Assembly (NCBI GenBank): GCA_035697085.1
Contig: DASSDP010000140.1
Location: 1 to 45,275, forward strand
Reading direction: 5' to 3'
From: Actinomycetota bacterium
Lineage (GTDB): Bacteria > Actinomycetota > UBA4738 > CALAEC01
Length of the DNA: 45,275 nucleotides
Positions 38,078 to 45,275 of the stretch are shown here, in pieces. The first letter of the stretch is position 1, and every line of letters starts with the position of its first letter. The notes under the pieces were generated by a model, which made no database searches, was not told where the DNA came from, and saw only the letters and a list, made by a program, of their open reading frames with translations. A program made the translations under genes and the position numbers.

Positions 38078-39447
38078 GCCGCGTTACCTCGGAGAGCCTC
38101 GGCCAGGCGCTCCAACCCGGCCCGGCGAGACGCCTTCACCAGCACGACGTCTCCCGTCCGGGCCGCCGACCGTACCGACGCGAGGGCCTCCTCGACCGTC
38201 TCGCAGGCTGTGACGCGCTCCGGCTCCACTCCTTCCCGGGTGGCTCCCACGGAGATCCGTCGCGCCGACGTTCCCACGGTGATCAGCCGCTCGATCCCGA
38301 GGCGAGCCACGAGTTCCCCGACGCGCTCGTGTTCCTCGCCGGAGATACGCCCGAGCTCGGCCATCTCCCCGAGCACGGCGATGCATCGTCCTTCCCCGGC
38401 CATCCACCGCGCCGCCTTCAACGCGGCGGCCATCGACGTCGGGTTGGCGTTGTACGCATCGTTCACCACTCGAACGCCATCACCGGTGTCGAAGACTTCC
38501 ATTCGCCACGGAGAGATCCGCGCTTCCTTCAGCGCCGCGGCGCATTCGCCGGCGGACAACCCGAGGGCCACCCCGCCGCCGCAGGCTGCCAAGGCGTTCC
38601 ACGCCATGTGCTCGCCGGGGACGGCAAGCTCCACACGCTCGCTCCCCTCGGGAGTGTGAAGGGTGAACGATGCCATGCCGTCTCCATCGAGGGAGAGCTC
38701 CTCGCCCCGAACCGCCGCGTCGGGCGCGGTGCCGTAGAGCAGCGTCCGCGCCTGCGTCCGCCGGCTGAAGTCGCGAACAACGGGGTCGTCCGCGTTCAGG
38801 ACCGCCGTTCCGTCTTCGGGGAGAGCCTCGACGAGCTCGGCCTTCGCCCTGGCAACTCCCTCGAGCGAGCCGAACATCTCCAGATGGGCCGGGCCGACGT
38901 TGGTGACCACCCCGACGATCGGGCGGGCCACCTCGGCGAGGAGCGAGATGTGGCCGCGCCCTCGACTTCCCATCTCACACACGACCACTTCGGTGTCCTC
39001 GGAACCCGAAAGCAGGGTGAGCGGCACGCCCACCTCCGTGTTGAACGACCGAGGGCTGGCAACGACCCTGTACCGGAGCGCCAGCACGGCTGCGGTGAGG
39101 TCCTTGACCGAGGTCTTCCCCGTGGAGCCGGTGATGGCCAGGACCTTGGCGCCCATGTGGGCTCGCTCGTCGGCCGCCAGCGCCAGCAGGGCACGGCCGC
39201 TATCAGCGACCACGACCACCGGCTCTCCGTTGCCACCTTCCCGAGCGACCAAGGCCGCGGCGGCTCCGCGACGGAACGCGTCGGCCACGTAGTCGTGGCC
39301 GTCGACGCGCTCCCCGGGGAGAGCAACGTAGAGATCGCCGGATCGGACGTCCCGGCTATCGGTCACGACTCCGCTGACGGAACGGTCGCCACCGACCAGC
39401 CGGCCGCCGACCGTTGCGGCGACCGCGGAAAGAAGGCGTTCTCTCAC
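38074..39447 (-). CDS. murF: UDP-MurNAc-tripeptide--D-alanyl-D-alanine ligase MurF
   Basis: 457 aa. P-loop GSTGKTS. Mur ligase middle and C-terminal domains. 4-nt overlaps with both neighbours. Confidence 0.92.
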   Translation of the reverse strand: MRERLLSAVAATVGGRLVGGDRSVSGVVTDSRDVRSGDLYVALPGERVDGHDYVADAFRRGAAAALVAREGGNGEPVVVVADSGRALLALAADERAHMGAKVLAITGSTGKTSVKDLTAAVLALRYRVVASPRSFNTEVGVPLTLLSGSEDTEVVVCEMGSRGRGHISLLAEVARPIVGVVTNVGPAHLEMFGSLEGVARAKAELVEALPEDGTAVLNADDPVVRDFSRRTQARTLLYGTAPDAAVRGEELSLDGDGMASFTLHTPEGSERVELAVPGEHMAWNALAACGGGVALGLSAGECAAALKEARISPWRMEVFDTGDGVRVVNDAYNANPTSMAAALKAARWMAGEGRCIAVLGEMAELGRISGEEHERVGELVARLGIERLITVGTSARRISVGATREGVEPERVTACETVEEALASVRSAARTGDVVLVKASRRAGLERLAEALRGNAA

Positions 39448-41033
39448 TCTCGATCCCGCCCTTGGCTCTCTCGGCCCGCAGGCGCCCGGGTCACGTGGGC
39501 GGCCCCGCCTTCACTCGCCCACCCCAGGTGTCCCAGCTCCTCCGCCGCCACGACTCGGTCGTCGAACGGGACGACGCGGTCGGCGAACTCCTGGCCCGTC
39601 TCATGACCCTTCCCCGCGATCACCACGACGTCCGCGGGCCGCGCGGCCTCCAACGCCAGGCGGATGGCCGAGCGGCGATCGGGCTCGACGATGTAGGCGC
39701 CCCCTCCCCTGCGGGCACCCGGTTCGATCTCGGCAATGATCGCCTCAGGATTTTCGGATCGGGGGTTGTCGCTGGTGAGCACGGCCAGATCCGACAGCCT
39801 CGTGGCGGCCTGGCCCATGAGCGGTCGCTTTCCCCGATCGCGATCCCCTCCACAGCCGAGGATCACGATGAGCTTTCCTCCGGCCAGAGGCCGCGCGGCA
39901 CCGAGCACGTTCTCGACGCTGTCCGGTGTGTGCGCGTAGTCCACCAGGACCTGAAATGGCTGTCCCGCCTCCACCGGCTCCAGCCGGCCGGGGACGCCGC
40001 GGAGGAGGCCGATGCCGCGGGCGGCAGTGGCGTCGTCGATGCCAACCTGGCGTGCTGCAGCCATCGCTGCAAGACAGTTGTGCACGTTGAACGCGCCCCG
40101 AAGCCGGGAGCGAACGGTCGTTCCATCGACACGGAACGACACTCCGTCGGCTCGGGCCTCAACGTGAGTGCCCATCAGGTCCGCCCCGGGTCCGACTCCG
40201 TACGTGATCGTGGGAAGGTCCTCGCGGAGGAGGGTTCGTCCCTCGGGAGAGTCGTTGTTCACCGCGGCCCGATCGGCAACCTCCGGAGTGAACAGCCGGG
40301 CCTTGGCCCGAAGGTATGCCTCGAGGGTGCCGTGATAGTCGAGGTGATCCTGAGAGAGGTTGGTGAACACGGCGCAGGTGAATCGGGCGCCGGCCACGCG
40401 GTGTTGGTCGAGCCCGTGGGACGAGACCTCCATGGCGACAGCCCGGATGCCGTCATCGATCATGCCGGCGAGGAGGCGGTGAAGGTCGGGAGCCTCCGGG
40501 GTGGTCCGATCCAGCGGAACCGTTCGCCCGTTCAGCCGCAATCCCGTGGTGCCCACGACGGCCGGAGCGAGGCCGGCTGCCCGGAAGACCTCCTCGAGCA
40601 CGTACGTCGTCGTGGTCTTCCCGTTGGTCCCCGTGATGCCGACCAGGATGAGACGCTCGGCCGGTCGCCCGTAGAACTCCGCGGCGATCGCTCCCATGGC
40701 GCCGCGGACCGAAGGGACGCGCACCTGCGTCACGTCCTCGGGAAGGTCGAGCCATCGTTCGACCAGGACGGCAACCGCGCCGTGCGAGACGGCCTCGCCC
40801 CCAAAGTCGTGCCCGTCGTGGGTTCGACCCGGGACGCAAAAGAACAACCCGCCCGGCCGGGCCTCGTCGGATCGATACCCCACGCTTCCCACTGGAATCG
40901 TTGCCCGTCCGCGGACCTCCGACGGATCGATCGCGGCGAGCAGATCCGACAACTTTCGAGGAGTGGGTTCCAAGGAGTTACGCCTCGTTCGCACGGTCCG
41001 AGTGGACTGGCGCGATTCTAACAAGGTGCTCAC
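39444..41033 (-). CDS. murE: UDP-MurNAc-L-Ala-D-Glu--2,6-diaminopimelate ligase MurE
   Basis: 529 aa. P-loop GTNGKTTTT. The DNPR motif (LTSDNPRSE) indicates meso-DAP specificity. Confidence 0.92.
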   Translation of the reverse strand: MSTLLESRQSTRTVRTRRNSLEPTPRKLSDLLAAIDPSEVRGRATIPVGSVGYRSDEARPGGLFFCVPGRTHDGHDFGGEAVSHGAVAVLVERWLDLPEDVTQVRVPSVRGAMGAIAAEFYGRPAERLILVGITGTNGKTTTTYVLEEVFRAAGLAPAVVGTTGLRLNGRTVPLDRTTPEAPDLHRLLAGMIDDGIRAVAMEVSSHGLDQHRVAGARFTCAVFTNLSQDHLDYHGTLEAYLRAKARLFTPEVADRAAVNNDSPEGRTLLREDLPTITYGVGPGADLMGTHVEARADGVSFRVDGTTVRSRLRGAFNVHNCLAAMAAARQVGIDDATAARGIGLLRGVPGRLEPVEAGQPFQVLVDYAHTPDSVENVLGAARPLAGGKLIVILGCGGDRDRGKRPLMGQAATRLSDLAVLTSDNPRSENPEAIIAEIEPGARRGGGAYIVEPDRRSAIRLALEAARPADVVVIAGKGHETGQEFADRVVPFDDRVVAAEELGHLGWASEGGAAHVTRAPAGRESQGRDRE

Positions 41034-42754
41034 GGCCGCTGTGCGGACGGCGGAGGCGGAAGGGGATGTGCGGACGGAACGTGCTGCTGGGTGAGCGCAA
41101 ACCGCGTCACTTCCTGAAACAGCGGAGCGGCCGCGATGCTCCCGTACACGGTTTCCGGTTCATCCAGGATGGCCGCCACCACGAGTCGGGGCGCAGATGC
41201 CGGTGCGAAGCCCACGAAGGATGCGACGTATTGGTCGCTGTACCCGCGAGCGTCCTCGAGGGGCTTCCGGGCCGTTCCGGTCTTCCCCGCGACCCAGTAT
41301 CCGGGGATCTGGGCCTCCGCTCCGGTCCCCGCCTCGACGGCGTACGAGAGCATCGAAGTGATGGTTCGAGCGGTCGAAGCCGAGACCACCCTCCGACGGT
41401 CCGGCGGCGGGGCCGGCTGGAACGTCCCCTCGCCGTCGATGACACCGCGGACCAGTCGGGGACGCACCCACATGCCCCCATTCGCGATGGTGGCGTAGAC
41501 CGCCGCGATCTGGAGCGGCGTCACCGCGATCCCCTGTCCGATGGGGATAGTGCCGATGCCCGTTTCCCACCACTCGTCGGTGGGGGGAAGGATCCCCTCG
41601 CCTTCGCCCGGGAACCCGATCCCCGTTCGCCTTCCAAACCCGAATCGCTTCAGGTAAGCGTTGAGACGATCCTTCCCCACCCGTTGAGCGACCTGGATGG
41701 CCCCAACGTTGCTGGAGAACGCCACGATATCGGCGAGCGTCATGCGCATCGGACGATGGGGGTGGGCGTCGTGAAACACCTTCGGCCCCACCCGGCGATG
41801 GTCCGGAACCCGGAAGATCTCCCGCGGGTCCACGATCCCCTTCTCCAGCGCCACCGAGGCGGTGATGACCTTATTGACGGAACCCGGCTCGTAGACATCT
41901 GTGATCGCCCGGTTCCGAAGGGCATCGGCAGGCGCCTCGGTGGCCAGGTTGGCGTCGAACGACGGATACGTGGTCATGGCCAGGATCTCTCCTGTAGCGG
42001 GATCCATGACGATCACGCTCCCGCCCCGAGCCTTGTTCTTCTTGACGGCTCTGGCCAGCGCCCGTGCGGCCCGGTACTGGAGGTCACGGTCGATGGTGAG
42101 GACGAGGTCGGCTCCGGGGACGGCGCGCACGTTCCGGCTCTCACCCTGGGGGATCAGGTGGCCGGCGGGATCCTTCTCCACGACGAGCTCGCCGGCTCGA
42201 CCGGCCAGGATCCTTTCGTACTGAAGCTCGAGCCCGGCCAACCCCACACCATCGAGTCCCACGAATCCGACCACGTGACTTGCGAGCCCTCCCGACGGGT
42301 ACTGCCGTCGGCTCTCGTCCAGGAGCCCGATCCCCGGAAGCCGGAGGCGGTCGATCTGCTCGGCCACCTCTGGGGCAACCCGTCGAGCCAGGTACACGAA
42401 CGAGCCGTCGTGCTGGAGCTTCTGCCACAGTTCCGCCGAGCTGACGTCCAGGATCGGCGCGATCGCGGACGCGGTCTCGGAGGCGTTGGGGACGAGCTCC
42501 GGGTTGGCGTAGACGCCCTTGGCTGGAAGCGAGATAGCCAGGTCGTTGCCGTCGCGGTCGTAGATGCTGCCACGGGTGGCCGGGAGGACGATGTGGCGAA
42601 CTCGTTGATCTCGGCCGAGCGCCATGTAGCTGGGGGCATCTCGCAGCTGAAGCACGAACAGGCGAGCGGCCACCGCCGCGAAGCCGATGGCGAAGACCAG
42701 GAACAACGCGGCGAGCCGAAGAGCCGGCGGCCGGCTCTCGGCCCGGTGGCTCAT
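41030..42754 (-). CDS. ftsI: Division-specific class B penicillin-binding protein (FtsI/PbpB)
   Basis: The start MSHRAESRPPALRLAALFLVF at ATG 42754 overlaps the ftsL stop (ATGA). Transpeptidase motifs SVNK, SSN, KTGTA. The ORF-track extension to 43264 is an out-of-frame overlap of ftsL. Confidence 0.92.
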   Translation of the reverse strand: MSHRAESRPPALRLAALFLVFAIGFAAVAARLFVLQLRDAPSYMALGRDQRVRHIVLPATRGSIYDRDGNDLAISLPAKGVYANPELVPNASETASAIAPILDVSSAELWQKLQHDGSFVYLARRVAPEVAEQIDRLRLPGIGLLDESRRQYPSGGLASHVVGFVGLDGVGLAGLELQYERILAGRAGELVVEKDPAGHLIPQGESRNVRAVPGADLVLTIDRDLQYRAARALARAVKKNKARGGSVIVMDPATGEILAMTTYPSFDANLATEAPADALRNRAITDVYEPGSVNKVITASVALEKGIVDPREIFRVPDHRRVGPKVFHDAHPHRPMRMTLADIVAFSSNVGAIQVAQRVGKDRLNAYLKRFGFGRRTGIGFPGEGEGILPPTDEWWETGIGTIPIGQGIAVTPLQIAAVYATIANGGMWVRPRLVRGVIDGEGTFQPAPPPDRRRVVSASTARTITSMLSYAVEAGTGAEAQIPGYWVAGKTGTARKPLEDARGYSDQYVASFVGFAPASAPRLVVAAILDEPETVYGSIAAAPLFQEVTRFALTQQHVPSAHPLPPPPSAQRP

Positions 42755-43212
42755 CGCTCCCCCCCGAGAACCCCCTTCAACGCAAGAACGGAATCGGTGG
42801 CGGCGGCCGACGGTTGCGGCCCCCGGCCGACCGCAAAAAGACGAAGCATCTCCACTTCCTCCGGCAGGACCAGCCCGGCCTTCCGCGCGGCGTCGACGAT
42901 GCGGTCGGGCGCCGATAGCTCGGCCACCTCGAGGCGAAGGCGCCCGTAGCTCGCTTCGAGCCGGTCGGCCTCCGCGGACAGATCGGCGATGCGAAAGGAC
43001 TCCTGAGCCACCAGAGCCTGGGCGCTCACGAGTCCGACGACGGTCGCCGCGACCATGAGGAGAGAGAAGAGCAGGAACGGAACACGCCGCCGGCGCTGGA
43101 TGGGACGAGGCGTCGGCCTGGGAGCCGGCCTGGCCCGCCGGGAGACCGGCGCTGGGCGACGGACGCGCGCTGGCGGCCGTGCCTTCGGAACCCTTGGAGC
43201 GGGAACCGCCAT
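42751..43212 (-). CDS. ftsL: FtsL-like septation protein (bitopic, coiled-coil)
   Basis: 153 aa. Basic Pro/Arg-rich N-terminus, one TM helix (FLLFSLLMVAATVVGLV), then a coiled-coil region. Conserved position between rsmH and ftsI. Confidence 0.8.
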   Translation of the reverse strand: MAVPAPRVPKARPPARVRRPAPVSRRARPAPRPTPRPIQRRRRVPFLLFSLLMVAATVVGLVSAQALVAQESFRIADLSAEADRLEASYGRLRLEVAELSAPDRIVDAARKAGLVLPEEVEMLRLFAVGRGPQPSAAATDSVLALKGVLGGER

Positions 43213-44081
43213 CAGGCCGCTTCCTTCTCCGCCGCCCGCAGCTTCGCGGCCCGAGCCCTCGCATTGCGGGCCATCTCGGCAGCGCTCGGGCGAATGGGTT
43301 TCTTCGTCAGCGAGCGGAGGCGCTCCTCCCCCGCCACGAATCGCTTGACGATCCGGTCCTCGAGCGAGTGGTACGAGATCACAACGAGGCGACCACCGGG
43401 AGCGAGGAGCTCAATCGTCTGGGGAAGGGAGACGGAGAGCTCCTCGAGCTCCCGGTTGACCTCGATCCGGATGGCCTGGAACGTTCGGCGCGCGGGGTGG
43501 GGTCCTCCCCGTTTCTTGGGAACGGCCGACGCCACCACTGCGGCAAGCTCCGCGGTCGTCTCGATCGGACCGCGCTCCCGAGCCCGAACGATGGCTCCCG
43601 CGATCCGGCCGGAGAACCGCTCCTCACCGTACTGGCGGATCACCCGGGCCAGTTCGTCCTCGGGATAGGTGTTCACGACGTCTCGGGCGGTCGTCCCTTC
43701 GTGGCCCATGCGCATGTCGAGCGGCCCCTCGGATCGATACGAGAAGCCGCGCTCGGGCTGGTCGAGATGCATGGAGGAGACACCGAGGTCGTACAGCGCG
43801 GCGTTCGTTGCGCGAGTACCGGTCTCCCTGACGATCCGCTCCACCTCAGAGAATCGCCCGTGCACTCCGACGAAGCGGTCACCGTACGGAGCCAACCGCT
43901 CCGTCGCTCCGGACAGCGCCTCTCGATCTCGGTCGACCCCGATCACGCGGCCGACCCCAGCAGCCAATAGCGCCTCCGCGTGGCCTCCGAGGCCGACCGT
44001 CAGATCCAGCACCGTCTGCGATTCCGACAACAGCCCAACCACCTCCTGGACGAGAACGGGTTCGTGCCGCTCTCTACCCAA
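43212..44081 (-). CDS. rsmH: 16S rRNA (cytosine1402-N4)-methyltransferase RsmH (MraW)
   Basis: 289 aa. HEPVLVQEV N-terminus, SAM-binding TVGLGGH, DLGVSS motif. The only possible start is TTG 44081, because there is an in-frame TGA 4 codons upstream. No own SD. Confidence 0.92.
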   Translation of the reverse strand: MGRERHEPVLVQEVVGLLSESQTVLDLTVGLGGHAEALLAAGVGRVIGVDRDREALSGATERLAPYGDRFVGVHGRFSEVERIVRETGTRATNAALYDLGVSSMHLDQPERGFSYRSEGPLDMRMGHEGTTARDVVNTYPEDELARVIRQYGEERFSGRIAGAIVRARERGPIETTAELAAVVASAVPKKRGGPHPARRTFQAIRIEVNRELEELSVSLPQTIELLAPGGRLVVISYHSLEDRIVKRFVAGEERLRSLTKKPIRPSAAEMARNARARAAKLRAAEKEAA

Positions 44082-44178
44082 GTACCCGGATCACCCACTG
44101 TGCGAGGGCCACGTACGAGGCCACCACCCCGGCCATCAAGGCCATGAGGCGCAGGCTCTGCCCGATCTCCCGAAGCAT
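44074..44178 (-). CDS. Candidate 34-aa hydrophobic small protein between mraZ and rsmH
   Basis: ATG 44178 is preceded by GGGGAGGAGG at about 8 nt spacing. Product: MLREIGQSLRLMALMAGVVASYVALAQWVIRVLG, one predicted TM helix. The stop overlaps the rsmH TTG start by 8 nt. Confidence 0.45.
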   Translation of the reverse strand: MLREIGQSLRLMALMAGVVASYVALAQWVIRVLG

Positions 44179-44195
44179 GGTTCTCGCCTCCTCCC

Positions 44196-44645
44196 CTATC
44201 GCTCGGGCACGAGGGCGCCCGACGAGTACGATCCGCCGTGCGATTCCCGGTACCGTCGCCACTCCGCCCCGTCCCAGATCTCCAGACGGTCCGAGACGCC
44301 GACCACCGCTACCTCTCGCCCCAGGTGCGCGTTCTCTCGCAGGGTGCGTGGCAGGACGAGTCGCCCCTGGGGATCGAGGTCCACCCGATCGGCGTTGCCG
44401 AAGAACATCCGCGCGTACGCACGGTTCGCGGGCTCGGAGATCGGGAGTGCCTGGACCTCTTCCTTTCTCCGATCCCACTCCTGCCGAGGAAAGGCGAACA
44501 GGCAGCCGTCCTGGCCGAGCGTCAGGTACACGCCTTCCTCGAACGCACCGCGGAACTTCGAGGGCAGCGAGATGCGACCCTTGGTATCGACCTGGTAGTG
44601 ATGCTCGCCGAGAAGCTCGGACAACGTGGGGCCCTCCCCCTCCAC
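44196..44645 (-). CDS. mraZ: Transcriptional regulator MraZ
   Basis: Two SpoVT/AbrB-like repeats (VDTKGRISLPSKFR and DPQGRLVLPRTLR). GTG 44645 is the longest start. TTG 44624 has GGAGGG 7 nt upstream and gives a more typical N-terminus. Confidence 0.92.
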   Translation of the reverse strand: MEGEGPTLSELLGEHHYQVDTKGRISLPSKFRGAFEEGVYLTLGQDGCLFAFPRQEWDRRKEEVQALPISEPANRAYARMFFGNADRVDLDPQGRLVLPRTLRENAHLGREVAVVGVSDRLEIWDGAEWRRYRESHGGSYSSGALVPER

Positions 44646-44677
44646 AGTGCCCCACTTTTATGCCACTTCCACTCCAC
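44642..44677 (-). repeat. Array of GTGG boxes at helical spacing immediately upstream of mraZ (putative MraZ operator)
   Basis: The minus strand reads GTGGAGTGGAAGTGGCATAAAAGTGGGGCACTGTGG. CCAC on the plus strand starts at 44642, 44652, 44663 and 44674 (spacing 10, 11, 11), with an extra copy at 44669. Confidence 0.45.
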
Positions 44678-44711
44678 TAGGTCAAGGTGGTGAAGCGAAT
44701 TACAGTGATGT

Positions 44712-44740
44712 AAGTTAGGAGCTGTTAACTCAAGAGTTAA
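44712..44740 (-). promoter_or_regulatory. Candidate mraZ (dcw) promoter
   Basis: The minus strand reads TTAACT - 17 nt - TAACTT (TANNNT-type -10). It lies in an AT-rich island about 65-95 nt upstream of the mraZ start. Confidence 0.4.
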
Positions 44741-44741
44741 C
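44724..44741. repeat. Inverted repeat GTTAACTC-aa-GAGTTAAC overlapping the candidate -35 of the mraZ promoter
   Basis: 8-bp perfect arms with a 2-nt centre, read directly. Strikingly AT-rich for this genome. Confidence 0.6.
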
Positions 44742-44781
44742 ACGAGTAACGCCGCGGAGAAGGGTTGGCTTGCTCCCGGAG

Positions 44782-45264
44782 TTAGCTGAGGTAGGCCTCC
44801 CATTCCGGCTCGAGGCGACCAATGAGCAGCCGGAAGCCGTCCCGAGGAGCGAAGGGGTCGCGCCTCAGGTTGATGCCCACTTCGTGGGGGAGACGGTTCT
44901 CCTTGCGCGAGTTGCATCGGCGGCAGGCAGCCACAACGTTCTCCCAGACGTGCTCCCCTCCCCGTGATCGGGGGATGACATGGTCGACGTTCTCTGCTGC
45001 TGCACCGCAGTACTGGCAGGTCCATTCGTCACGGGCGAACACTGCTCGGCGAGTGAGCGAGGCCCGCGCCCGGAACGGAACCCGGACGTAGTAATTCAGC
45101 CTGACCACCGAGGGCGCCTCAATCTGGAGCCGCTCGGAGTGGAACACCACACCATCGGTCTCCAGGATCTGGGCCTTGTCCTTGAGGACGAGAACGACCG
45201 CCCGCCTCGCGGTCACCACCGCGAGGGGCTCGAACGATGCGTTCAGGACCAGTGATCTCCCCAT
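44782..45264 (-). CDS. HNH endonuclease family protein
   Basis: 160 aa. CQYCG...DHVIPRSRGG...NVVAACRRCNSRK (HNH with two CxxC pairs). It ends 136 nt upstream of mraZ on the same strand. Confidence 0.85.
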   Translation of the reverse strand: MGRSLVLNASFEPLAVVTARRAVVLVLKDKAQILETDGVVFHSERLQIEAPSVVRLNYYVRVPFRARASLTRRAVFARDEWTCQYCGAAAENVDHVIPRSRGGEHVWENVVAACRRCNSRKENRLPHEVGINLRRDPFAPRDGFRLLIGRLEPEWEAYLS

Positions 45265-45275
45265 GTTCGCTTCCC

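Noticed and set aside
39414-42949. Two long plus-strand ORFs (535 aa and 682 aa) across murE and ftsI
   Set aside because: They are antisense to genes with clear Mur ligase and transpeptidase motifs. Their composition is typical of GC-driven open frames, and they have no SD or start-codon context.
42755-43264. 170-residue N-terminal extension of the ftsI ORF
   Set aside because: It is Arg/Gly/Ser-rich and overlaps the whole ftsL gene in another frame. ATG 42754 gives the expected short cytoplasmic tail plus TM helix, with an ATGA overlap onto the ftsL stop.

Overview
This is a high-GC, actinobacterial-type chromosomal segment. SepF and DivIVA are present and ftsA is absent. Almost all genes are core genes on the minus strand.

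Gene content, left to right:
- A polar amino-acid ABC transporter: a permease fragment running off the window edge, plus a binding lipoprotein.
- A long translationally coupled operon: Liv-type binding protein, livH, livM, livG, livF, an ornithine-cyclodeaminase-family gene, and a sarcosine/pipecolate-oxidase-family gene.
- tRNA-Leu(CAA).
- Two tandem paralogous 4-TM proteins.
- dnaE and a divergent Cas4-like PD-(D/E)XK nuclease.
- An RluA-family pseudouridine synthase, lspA, and a DksA/TraR zinc-finger gene.
- ileS, preceded by a canonical Ile (AUC) T-box leader with an intrinsic terminator.
- A complete dcw division/cell-wall cluster read right to left: HNH gene, mraZ, small ORF, rsmH, ftsL, ftsI, murE, murF, mraY, murD, ftsW, murG, [sugar nucleotidyltransferase + SDR 4,6-dehydratase-like], murC, murB, ftsQ, [GAF-GAF-PP2C + STAS on the opposite strand], ftsZ, pgeF, yggS, sepF, yggT, divIVA, and a membrane/Cys-motif protein.

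I see no rRNA, CRISPR array, transposase or integrase, prophage, or recognisable defence island. I cannot honestly claim a clear-cut new system.

The most unusual observations concern gene organisation:
1. A partner-switching phosphatase/antagonist pair splits ftsQ from ftsZ and converges on the dcw operon.
2. An NDP-sugar gene pair is embedded between murG and murC.
3. The AT-rich dcw control regions share GTTAAC and CCTAACTTACA motifs. One also carries a periodic GTGG array upstream of mraZ.
4. A strongly SD-preceded 34-codon hydrophobic ORF is coupled to rsmH.

Many long ORFs in the six-frame track are GC-driven antisense shadows and are rejected.
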